20,581 nucleotides of DNA from Sulfolobales archaeon. Lineage in GTDB: Archaea; Thermoproteota; Thermoprotei_A; Sulfolobales; NBVN01. Positions 1-8,332 of the stretch are shown one piece after another. The notes under the pieces are model-generated. The model was not told the DNA's origin and did not search any database. It saw only the letters and a list, made by a program, of their open reading frames with translations. Position 1 is the first letter of the stretch. Each line of letters opens with the position of its first letter. The position numbers and the translations under genes were made by a program. The stretch spans positions 1 through 20,581 of the forward strand of contig JAWBTQ010000021.1 of assembly GCA_038841535.1 (NCBI GenBank), read 5' to 3'.

Positions 1-520
1 ACGATCTTCCCTAGCGCAATTGCGCCATCAGTATGCTGTTCACCGCTACATAGTTCTTATTTAGAGTACGGTAGTGCAGACCTCCTCGCCAGTCAACCTT
101 AAACTGTTAAGCACATGGTGCCTACTGATATCATTCAAATACTCTGCGTTAAAGTCTTGACACCTCTTAAGTCGCAGACCATGTGCTCAAACGTACTGCT
201 CAAACAAATCACGCAGTACTTCTTATCTCCACAGCGCTCCACAGCGTAAACCTTGGTCGCTGCTGACTCTACGTAAAAACTAAAAGCTCGCTTCGTAGTA
301 CACATTGTGGAAATCTGCTGTACTTCTGTAAATTTCACGGAGAGCGTAGACAATTTTAGATTATTTGCTCCAGTAAAGGCCTAGTCTTCAAGGGTTGTGA
401 AGATGGTAAACCACTCTGTGGAACCGATTAGTCGTCGAAAATATGTTGGGGACTGTAATGTGGTTTATTTTAATAGCTGTCCAGATTATTAAACATTGAG
501 TAGCTTAAGCGGCGGTAAAT

Positions 521-904
521 ATGGTTTCTCGATTTAGGGATTGGTTGAAGCAGTCAGAGAGAAACGCTATGTCAGCTTTAGCTAACTACCGTGAAGGCAT
601 ATTTGAAGAAGTATGCTTTGAGTCTCACCAAGCTGCTGAGAAGGCTATTAAAGCTCTCTTAAACTATCTTCACAAAGAGAGGAGAGGACGCTCGCTACTG
701 TTCCTCCTATCTGAGGCGCTAGTCGAGGTTCCAGAAGAGATCAAGCAGTGCGTTCTATACTTAGACAAGCACTACATTCCATCAAGGTACCCAGACGTTT
801 ACGATGAAGGAACTCCATCGGATTACTACACGAAGGAGGACGCGGAAGGATGTCTTTCGTGCATGAGTAAGATAATTGATTGGGTGAAGTCTACTGTTAA
901 GTGA
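521..904 (+). CDS. HEPN domain protein (archaeal COG2250-type), putative toxin of HEPN-MNT pair 1
   Basis: Motifs FESHQAAEKAIKALL and LDKHYIPSRYPD, ~127 aa helical protein, immediately upstream of an MNT gene. The usual GHSL motif reads GRSL. Confidence 0.92.
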   Translation: MVSRFRDWLKQSERNAMSALANYREGIFEEVCFESHQAAEKAIKALLNYLHKERRGRSLLFLLSEALVEVPEEIKQCVLYLDKHYIPSRYPDVYDEGTPSDYYTKEDAEGCLSCMSKIIDWVKSTVK

Positions 905-1289
905 GTTAAGCAACCTAGTAGAAAACTATAGAAGTAAGCTAAAGCTGAGACTAGTAGTGTTGTTTGGGTCTAGAGCGAGAGGAGACTATACAGACTGGAG
1001 CGATATAGACGTCCTCGTAGTTGCTGACGACCTCCCTAGAGACCCAAGAGAGTGCTTCGCGGTACTCCGTAACATCGGCTTCGCGAGAGTACATCCAATC
1101 GGCTTTAACACAGAAAGCTTTCTTAAAAAGCTTAGAGAAGGAAGCACGTTCATTATCGAGATACTAGAAGAAGGAAAGATACTGTTCGAAGACGCAGATT
1201 TCCTGAAGAAGGTGATGAACATCTACAAGGAAGTGAGGAGCAGGTATGCTAAGCAGGGGAGAACGTGGACTATGATCTCCCCAGCTTAA
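894..1289 (+). CDS. Minimal nucleotidyltransferase (MNT), putative antitoxin of pair 1
   Basis: LFGSRARGDYTDWSDIDVLVV (GSx10DxD). The ORF-track start at 957 falls inside the motif strand. The frame is open back to 888, with CTG at 894 six nt after GGGTGA, so the start is inferred. Confidence 0.9.
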   Translation: MLSELSNLVENYRSKLKLRLVVLFGSRARGDYTDWSDIDVLVVADDLPRDPRECFAVLRNIGFARVHPIGFNTESFLKKLREGSTFIIEILEEGKILFEDADFLKKVMNIYKEVRSRYAKQGRTWTMISPA

Positions 1290-1499
1290 CCCTCTTGGAA
1301 ATCAGTTACACAGCGTCGAGTAACTTCGAGATCAAAGCTCTTACTACGTAAATACCTTGGTACACGGTGAGTCAACCTCTAAACCACGCTGACGGTCTTC
1401 AGTGGGGGTTAAAGCAGTAGTGGAGCTGTAGTATTAGTATCTGCAAGCAGAGCTCAACTTCCCGTGCACTTCCAGACGTCAATATGTGAGAACTAGTCG

Positions 1500-1680
1500 A
1501 ATCCATAAACATATACCTCTGGCAGGTTAGGACTGAAGTTTTCCTACAGTCGTGAACCCAAGGTAGACTACGAGGGAGAGCTGTAGGTAGGGGTCACAGC
1601 GAAAGGATGGAAGCCGATGATATGGAGACAGTGAAAGGGGTCTCCAGGTTTATGAAGCTTAGAGTCGACATCATACCATA
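1500..1680 (+). mobile_element. Degenerate 3' end of an IS200/IS605-family tnpB (C-terminal tail / omegaRNA-overlapping region)
   Basis: Piecewise translation across frameshifts and stops gives SINIYL ... FSYSREPKVDYEGEL*VGVTAKGWKPMIW ... VKGVSRFMKLRVD. This resembles, from memory, the tail that follows the RuvC-III A..NI motif in Thermoproteota TnpB. Confidence 0.5.
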
Positions 1681-1755
1681 TCGACTACTGTTAAATCCGA
1701 ACTTCGTAGGGTCGACTGGCTTCGTAAGCTGGGGTTTTCACGCGCTTTGACATAA

Positions 1756-1763
1756 GTTTATAA
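1756..1763 (+). promoter_or_regulatory. Probable TATA box of the beta-helix protein gene
   Basis: GTTTATAA about 30 nt upstream of the TTG at 1795. Confidence 0.5.
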
Positions 1764-1794
1764 GGGTTGGCTAGCGTATCCGTGGGTAAAACTA

Positions 1795-3210
1795 TTGTAC
1801 TCTAGGTCTGCGGATTACCTTCTGGTGGGTTTAGTTCTAATGGTGTTACTAGTGTCTTTTGCTGCGGTGCTCAGTCATGGTTACTCTATGGCTGTAGCCG
1901 CAGTGGGTATATCGAGTTGCTTGAAGATCGATAAGCCAGGGTACTATGTCCTGGAGAAGGACGTTTCTGGAGTAGGTGAAAACAGGTTTTCCTGTATTAG
2001 CATAGTGGCTGATGGAGTAGTGCTCGACGGGAGGGGCTTCACGATCTCTGGCTTTAGCGAGGGTGCTGGTGTAGAAGTGAAGGGCTCGGGCTCGGTGATC
2101 AAGAACGTGAAGGTAGTGAACTACAGGTGGGGCGTTATCTTAGTGTGGCCTTCGAGCCGCAATACGATAGCTAATAACACTATCTCTAGGAACGTGCTCG
2201 GGCTCTATATCCCTGCTTCCCCAGGTAACTCTATACTTGGGAACATCGTAGAAGGAAACATAGAGGTCGGAGTATACGTAGAGTCCCCAAACAACACCAT
2301 AGCTGGCAACACGTTCACTGATAACGCGTACGAGGCGCTCCGCATTGAAAAGACCGCTAGCAACGCGGTAGTGAACAACACATTTAGGGGTAACGACTGG
2401 AGCATTACGGTAATCGAGTCCTCTAATAACACCCTCATCGGTAATACCTTAGCGGGTAACCAGTGCGGCTTGAACTTAGTAAATTCTTCGAGTAACCTAT
2501 TAGCTCTCAACGAGCTAGTGAGCAACAACCACAACATAGTCTTAGATAAATCATCGAGTAACTTAGTAATAGAGAACAGGGTGAAGAACGGTAGCTACGG
2601 AATAAGCCTATTTGGGTCTTCGAGTAATACCGTAGCAAGAAATACTGTAGCAGGCAACGGTTACGGAATATACCTAGAGGAGTCCTCGAACAACATAATA
2701 TACCTAAACTACTTCCTGTCCAATACCTACAACTATAAGTGCGTCCTTTGTGAAGTGGGGAACAGCCAGAGGTGGTTCTCGCTAGAGCCACTAAAGTACT
2801 TCTACCGCGGGAAAGAGTACGTCAGCTACTTAGGCAACTATTGGAGTAACTACAGCGGTCCGGATAGAAACGGAGATGGCGTTGGGGATGAACCGCACGT
2901 TCTAGACGACGCAAACAGAGATCCTTTCCCTCTCGTTGCCTCCAGTCCGGACTACAAATTCCCGGAGCTCTTCCCTACCACATCGATTTCTACAACACCA
3001 TCTCCTACACTAACTCCCACAACGACTACACTAGTACCACAGCCTACGACGACTACGGCAACAACAGAGAAAACTACGCAAACTGAGGGAGTGACGGCAA
3101 CGACGGAAACCACAGGAGGAGAGCTTACACCACTCACTATACTCCTCGCACCAGTCTTACTGATCTCGGTTGTCCTCGTGCTTTTAGTCAGGAAGACTAG
3201 AAGAAAGTAA
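1795..3210 (+). CDS. Membrane-anchored cell-surface right-handed parallel beta-helix protein (NosD/CASH, pectin lyase-like)
   Basis: N-terminal hydrophobic signal; IxKPGYYVLxxD and VVLDGRGFTI; many ~22-aa GIxLxxSSNNxIxxN repeats; GNYWSNYSGPDRNGDGVGDEP...DPFPL cap; Thr/Pro-rich linker; C-terminal TM helix with basic tail RKTRRK. Confidence 0.93.
   Translation: MYSRSADYLLVGLVLMVLLVSFAAVLSHGYSMAVAAVGISSCLKIDKPGYYVLEKDVSGVGENRFSCISIVADGVVLDGRGFTISGFSEGAGVEVKGSGSVIKNVKVVNYRWGVILVWPSSRNTIANNTISRNVLGLYIPASPGNSILGNIVEGNIEVGVYVESPNNTIAGNTFTDNAYEALRIEKTASNAVVNNTFRGNDWSITVIESSNNTLIGNTLAGNQCGLNLVNSSSNLLALNELVSNNHNIVLDKSSSNLVIENRVKNGSYGISLFGSSSNTVARNTVAGNGYGIYLEESSNNIIYLNYFLSNTYNYKCVLCEVGNSQRWFSLEPLKYFYRGKEYVSYLGNYWSNYSGPDRNGDGVGDEPHVLDDANRDPFPLVASSPDYKFPELFPTTSISTTPSPTLTPTTTTLVPQPTTTTATTEKTTQTEGVTATTETTGGELTPLTILLAPVLLISVVLVLLVRKTRRK
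2977..3114 (+). repeat. Low-complexity Thr/Pro-rich linker-coding region
   Basis: TTSISTTPSPTLTPTTTTLVPQPTTTTATTEKTTQTEGVTATTETT, encoded by runs of ACN codons. Confidence 0.8.
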
Positions 3211-3618
3211 GGAAGACACTCTACGGTGTTTTTCTTACTACGCTTGTCAAACTACTGTAGCTTCGACCTACACACTTTAATGGACTCTCCGGCTCCGTAT
3301 TTAAGAATGCTTCGCGAGTTCTCAGGGACGTTGGAACCGGAATGATAGAGGAGCTTCCGCATAAGCTACAGACTTCATCAGTAAGGATACCATGATGGAG
3401 CCGGGGGCGATGCCTAGAACGTGAAGACACCTCATCAAAGTAATAGTCTGTTGACTGCCACCGACCGAAAGAGCCCCCACTATATTTAGAGAGGGATGCC
3501 TCGGTGGTCCGGTCTAAAGGGACTTCTTTAAGAACTTCTTGTAGGCTTCTGGGTTTGTGGTGTGGGATTTAGTCAGCTTAGGCTTAGTTAGCACCACTGA
3601 CGATTACCGGCGACCATC

Positions 3619-4007
3619 TTGCTTCCTATTGTTGTAATGTTCTCAACCTTACTGACTTCAGTACTAGTCTCTACTCCTGTTTCAATACCTAAAGACCTAA
3701 CTGTCGCCGGCTTCAAGGGTAATGGATCCCACATGACAGTCAAAATTTTCAAACTACACGAAATCGAGGTCAAACCCAGAAGGGCTCGATCATCCTGACT
3801 CTTCCAACAGCAACTTCATGCGGTCCCGTCTATCGACAAGGTTTTGAACTCTACGCGTTCTTAGCATATGAGCCAAAGTGCAATACGTTCTTCACCGCCA
3901 GAGTCCTGACAAGGGTGGAAAAAGTTGCTTCTAGAGTTTCAATAGAAAAAGACAGGAAAGGAAATGAAGTGAGATGCTTAATCTGCGTTCGTAGATCCTT
4001 TTGGTAG
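3619..4007 (+). pseudogene. Possible frameshifted gene for a small secreted protein
   Basis: Frame A (TTG 3619 to TGA 3798) starts with a signal-like stretch, LLPIVVMFSTLLTSVLVS. Overlapping frame B is stop-free from 3723 to TAG 4005-4007 and reads GSIILTLPTATSCGPVYRQGFELYAFLAYEPKC. Confidence 0.35.
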
Positions 4008-4132
4008 TGTAGTCTTAGCCGCGAGAGCTATAATGAATGCTATACTCACATTTAGTGGGTTCAATAGAACACTCATCACTTTTGTTTCAGTAACATTCAC
4101 AAATTTTATTCAAACAATAATCTTGGACCCCT

Positions 4133-4852
4133 ATGTATGGGTGGAGGTGTAGAATAGGGCTCATAGTCCCGTCGTCCAACACCACGATGGAGCCGGAGTT
4201 CTGGAGGATGGCTCCTAAGGGAGTCAGCATCCACGCCTCGAGAGTTAGATTAAGTGAGGTGACTCCTGAAGCTCTTAAGCAGATGTCCTCTGAAGCGGTT
4301 AGAGCAGCAGAAGAGCTCACTACTGCTGAGGTCGACGTGATAGTGTACGGATGCACTTCTGGGTCTCTGCTAGAGGGCGTCAAATGGGAGGAGAGCCTGC
4401 GGAGAGAAATAGAGAGCAGAGTCGGGGTGAAGACTGTGACGACAGCTCAGGCGGTTGCCGAGGCCCTCCGCACACTAGGACTCAAGAGAGTTGCCGTGGC
4501 GACTCCGTACATAGAAGAGATAAACGCTAGAGAAAAAGCGTTCCTCGAGAGCGTCGGCTTTGCCGTCGTTAGGATACGTGGGCTCGGCATAGTCAAGAAC
4601 ACTGAAATAGGTAGGCAGCCCGCTTGGGTAGCATACAGGTTGGCTAGGGAGGTCGTTAGGGAGGCCAAGTCGGCCGTAGACGGAGTGTTCATAAGCTGCA
4701 CTAACTTCAGGACCCTAGAGGTAGTCGGAGTGCTAGAAGAAGAGCTAGGGCTCCCGGCCGTCTCCAGCAACACTGCGTCCATGTGGCTCGCCCTTAGAAC
4801 TGCGGGTATTAGAGACAAGCTAAACTACGGCCGCCTCCTCAGGGAGCACTAG
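4133..4852 (+). CDS. Maleate cis-trans isomerase / arylmalonate decarboxylase family protein (Asp/Glu racemase superfamily)
   Basis: RIGLIVPSSNTTMEPEF, YGCTSGS, VATPY, FISCTN and VSSN motifs. Both catalytic Cys are present. Confidence 0.93.
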   Translation: MYGWRCRIGLIVPSSNTTMEPEFWRMAPKGVSIHASRVRLSEVTPEALKQMSSEAVRAAEELTTAEVDVIVYGCTSGSLLEGVKWEESLRREIESRVGVKTVTTAQAVAEALRTLGLKRVAVATPYIEEINAREKAFLESVGFAVVRIRGLGIVKNTEIGRQPAWVAYRLAREVVREAKSAVDGVFISCTNFRTLEVVGVLEEELGLPAVSSNTASMWLALRTAGIRDKLNYGRLLREH

Positions 4853-5938
4853 AGCCACCTACCGCAGCCTCGAGAGACTAAGATTGCTGCTTAGCTCCAA
4901 GTAGCTCCAGAAGTAAGAGATCTCCTCATAAGCGAAGGAGTACAATTAAAAGTAACGGAAGCCCTACGTATCGATAAACGTCATTATTTCCCCGTTTCCC
5001 ATAACATCATGGTATTAAGTATTCGAGCAATGAAGCCTTAAGCGAGCTGAAGCATCTCCAAACCTCTCATCACGTCCGGGAGTGAGAATCTTTATGCAGA
5101 AAAGAGCTCGCAAGGTGTTGCCGGGATGCTCATTTCCGCGACAACGAAATTCATCAGACTGAGCGTGGGGCTAGGAGACTTAGGCTTGTGGGCAAACTGG
5201 ACTACAGAGCCTGCCGCGCTCTTCAATGGACGGTTACGTTGAGATTCAAAAGAGGATAATCAAGCTCTCTAAGAAACATGGCTTAGAAAGTAGAGGTGAG
5301 GGCAACTACCACACATCATCGCTGTACGCAGTACGGCAGAGAGCCATACGGAGTCATCAATTGACAGACCTTATCTACGTTAAGCTACACTATGTGCCGT
5401 ACGGAATAAGAGAAGGTTCTGCAGCTGTTTCAACAAGCGGGGTTTATCGCCTTCTAGCCTGTAGACTCTCTCATTAACTTTCGAGACCATCTTCGGCGTT
5501 ACAACAAACACCCTACTATCTTCTACTTCGTGTAGCTTACCTACTAGCTTCCCTACCGATGAGCTCGGGAGGTTTGTTACGAATTGCTGGCTTTTAGTGA
5601 TCGACCCTCCGCGCTAGTCTACGTAAACCCCTCTCAACCGGGAGGCTCAAGCGGGAGCGCCCATCAAAATGCTAGTCACTATGGAGGATTGCTTGACGAG
5701 CCACGCACTGCCTACAGAGCGGTATGAGTGATGCGTGCTTTAGAACACTCTTGTATGTTCCCGTAGAGTATTGAAACGGCTTCGGTGAGTATGTGTTCTT
5801 CTGTCGTTAGCGGATTTCTAACAGAAGCGAACTACGTTGATACGCAGAGACTTCGTGCGTTTGAGTTAACGCTGGTAGTAGGTAGTAAGCTTAAGAATTA
5901 TTAGGTCATTAATATCAGGCGTGTGAGGTGCGTACTGC

Positions 5939-6340
5939 TTGATTAAACGAGATGAAGTGAATAGTCTCCTAGAGAGATCTAGGCGTTTCTACGAATCCGC
6001 TCTCTTTCAGATCGAGAAAGGGTTTTACGACTTAGCGATGTTTAGCTTCAAGCAAAGTCTTCAGTTGTTCTTGAAGGCGGCTCTACTCTCTCTGGGTGTA
6101 GATTACCCGAGGACGCACAGCATTAGAAGGCTACTCGAATTGGTACACGAGCTGACAGGTGATGAAGACGTTAAAGAGCTGTGGGTGGAGCATAGTGTAG
6201 AGCTAGCTTTACTCGAAGATGCCTACATAACTTCAAGATACGTGCCGAGAGATTTTAGAGTCGAAGAAGTAACGAGAGTTAGAGGAGTTGTGGATAGGGT
6301 GATCAGAGTTGTCAGAGAGACTCTTAGTGAAGTTAGCTAG
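5939..6340 (+). CDS. HEPN domain protein, putative toxin of HEPN-MNT pair 2
   Basis: GFYDLAMF..QSLQLFLKA, YPRTHSIRRLL and LEDAYITSRY motifs; GAGGTG SD before the TTG. Confidence 0.92.
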   Translation: MIKRDEVNSLLERSRRFYESALFQIEKGFYDLAMFSFKQSLQLFLKAALLSLGVDYPRTHSIRRLLELVHELTGDEDVKELWVEHSVELALLEDAYITSRYVPRDFRVEEVTRVRGVVDRVIRVVRETLSEVS

Positions 6341-6659
6341 GCATAGAGCCGAAGTATTTAGAAACCTCAAGCACTACCTTAAAGTAGCCGTAGAGGCGGT
6401 CAAGGAGCTGGATGAAGACGCCGAAGTCTACCTCTTCGGTAGCGTTGCTGAAGGTACGTATACGTTATCAAGCGACGTAGACGTACTAGTAGTCACAGAC
6501 CGGCCTCCGGAGGAAGTGTTGGTAAAACTGTGGGAGAGGGGGATAAAGGACCCATTCGAAGTACACGTCGTAAAGAGAGAGATGCTGGACCTTTACAAGC
6601 GGAGGTCGGAGCTAGTGAAAGTAGAGGAGTTCATCTCTCTAAAAACGGTTTCACCATGA
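6309..6659 (+). CDS. Minimal nucleotidyltransferase (MNT), putative antitoxin of pair 2
   Basis: VYLFGSVAEGTYTLSSDVDVLVV and PFEVHVV; overlaps the HEPN gene by 32 nt. Confidence 0.92.
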   Translation: MSERLLVKLARHRAEVFRNLKHYLKVAVEAVKELDEDAEVYLFGSVAEGTYTLSSDVDVLVVTDRPPEEVLVKLWERGIKDPFEVHVVKREMLDLYKRRSELVKVEEFISLKTVSP

Positions 6660-7072
6660 GCTCTCGCGGTCTTTAACTCATCGAAAACACTTCCCGCTTT
6701 CACTCATCAACTCTTTCAGCTTTCTCACGCGCCCCCCACAGGTGTTTGGCTCGTGCTTTTGCTTTACTCACTCCATACAAATCAGCGTCTTCGTTCTCTA
6801 GCAGTATATGACAGACCTCGGTTCCAATAGCTAGTTCGCGTTTACCCATGCTTAAGACTTTAGGACTCTGAAAGATCGTAAACCAGTCACTTGGGTAGGG
6901 CTGTGAAAGATCAAAACACATCTTAAGCTATGAGTGAGTTCGAAGTGAGTGAGGCTAAACCAGCAGATAGAGTTCTAGAGATAGTATCTATTACCGCAAA
7001 TCCGCTAGAGATGCTAATGTATACCACTTTTTAACTGCTTCATCCTCTATTTAAGCCAGCTTCTGTGAATTA

Positions 7073-7603
7073 TTGGTAGTTTGTGTGAGGACCGTGTCGG
7101 CAGTAAGCGCTGTAGCCTCTAAAGTTTTAGTTTACATAGAGTCAGCGACTGGGGGTCTCGCAGTTAGAAAGGGTTTAAGTATAAGCATACCCTTACGTAA
7201 GAGGGTAATTAATGTATTGCTGTGTTCTACTGTTTTAATGCTGGTGACTCTCGCTCTTGGTTACTTAGTAGAGGAAGTGTTTCTAGTAGTAGCTCTTGCT
7301 AGTTTCAGTGTAGTGTGCTCCCTTGCTTTAACTTCAGGTAGGCACTACGGAGGCCTGTCGGAGGTCTTCGTTGACTTAGTCTCACCGGTGCTCTTAGGAG
7401 TGTTCATGTACTTAACTGCTTACTACTTGATAGCGGGACTTTACGTAGGTCACCAAGTGGGTTTCACTCCCGCGGAATACCTGCTGGCATCTATTAGGCT
7501 AGGCCTCTTCATTACGCAGTACGTATTTTACGTAATCACATTTATAGTAGTCAGCTCTCTACTAATGTTTCTAATAATCCTACTTCACCTTATCAAACTC
7601 TAA
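7073..7603 (+). CDS. Hypothetical integral membrane protein (~4 TM helices)
   Basis: Long ORF with four hydrophobic segments. The start may instead be GTG 7094, which follows GTGAGG. Confidence 0.7.
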   Translation: MVVCVRTVSAVSAVASKVLVYIESATGGLAVRKGLSISIPLRKRVINVLLCSTVLMLVTLALGYLVEEVFLVVALASFSVVCSLALTSGRHYGGLSEVFVDLVSPVLLGVFMYLTAYYLIAGLYVGHQVGFTPAEYLLASIRLGLFITQYVFYVITFIVVSSLLMFLIILLHLIKL

Positions 7604-7770
7604 ACCTTTAGACCGAGAGAACTATCAGCACCTAGGATACGCTAATAAACACCTAAACGCATTTCGCTATACGTAGATACCAGTTAGCACAGCTAAACTA
7701 AGTCGTCTCTTGGCTGAGTTAAACGCTCTTAAAGACTCTTCGTTATGGATGCTCATGTCTAAACGCATAG

Positions 7771-7845
7771 CGGGCCCGCCGGGACTTGAACCCGGGACCT
7801 CCGGCTCCGCAGGCCGGCGCCCTATCCTGGCTGGGCCACGGGCCC
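7771..7845 (-). tRNA. tRNA-Arg (anticodon GCG), intronless, CCA not encoded
   Basis: Reverse complement GGGCCCGTGGCCCAGCCAGGATAGGGCGCCGGCCTGCGGAGCCGGAGGTCCCGGGTTCAAGTCCCGGCGGGCCCG. It has a 7-bp acceptor stem, anticodon arm CCGGC-CT GCG GA-GCCGG and T-loop GGTTCAAGTCC. Confidence 0.97.
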
Positions 7846-7849
7846 TATA

Positions 7850-8320
7850 CTAATTTGATTCTGAGTTTATGTTCTTGTCGTTCTCGACTTGCTCAACTAG
7901 TTTCCTCATGAATCTGTTCATTATTTTCGTTGCTTTCTTTTCATAGTGTGCGAGTGCTTCTTCTGCTTCCTTATTCGGTATTGTGTCAGCGTACTTCACT
8001 ATACTCTCTAAGACTTCTTCCACAGCTATCACCACTACGTCTTCGACTGGGGCCCTCCACATTTCTCCGTGTTCTGCTCGAACTAGTGCTTCTATTACCT
8101 CGCTATCTGTAGCTCCCTCAGTCTTCATGAGTGCGTAGTAGTGGTTGTCTATGTAGTGCGCTATAACTTGACCTACTATCTGAGAGTCCTTCGTCAGCAT
8201 CCAGTACCCTACCTCAGAGCCGTCGTGTAGTACTGCGTGGGGTCCCTCCGATATGGTGTAGCCTATATCAGCTAGGTGCTTGAGGAGCTTGTTGAGGTCC
8301 CAAACCCTCAGCTTCAGCAA
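7850..8320 (-). CDS. Hypothetical protein
   Basis: 156-aa ORF with GGTGAG SD, 12 nt downstream of the radical SAM stop. No family recognised. Confidence 0.8.
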   Translation of the reverse strand: MLKLRVWDLNKLLKHLADIGYTISEGPHAVLHDGSEVGYWMLTKDSQIVGQVIAHYIDNHYYALMKTEGATDSEVIEALVRAEHGEMWRAPVEDVVVIAVEEVLESIVKYADTIPNKEAEEALAHYEKKATKIMNRFMRKLVEQVENDKNINSESN

Positions 8321-8332
8321 CTAGCTCACCAC

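Noticed and set aside
135-353. 72-aa minus-strand ORF
   Set aside because: No recognisable motif or SD; cannot be supported as a gene.
3221-3773. Minus-strand ORFs 3221-3430 and 3588-3773
   Set aside because: No motifs; the second is the mirror of the + strand frame at 3619.
5226-5477. 83-aa ORF
   Set aside because: No family signal; the C-terminal half looks random.
6700-6921. 73-aa minus-strand ORF
   Set aside because: Possibly a gene fragment, but no assignable family.
7771-7845. tRNA intron or split tRNA
   Set aside because: The 75-nt cloverleaf is complete, with no bulge-helix-bulge insertion.
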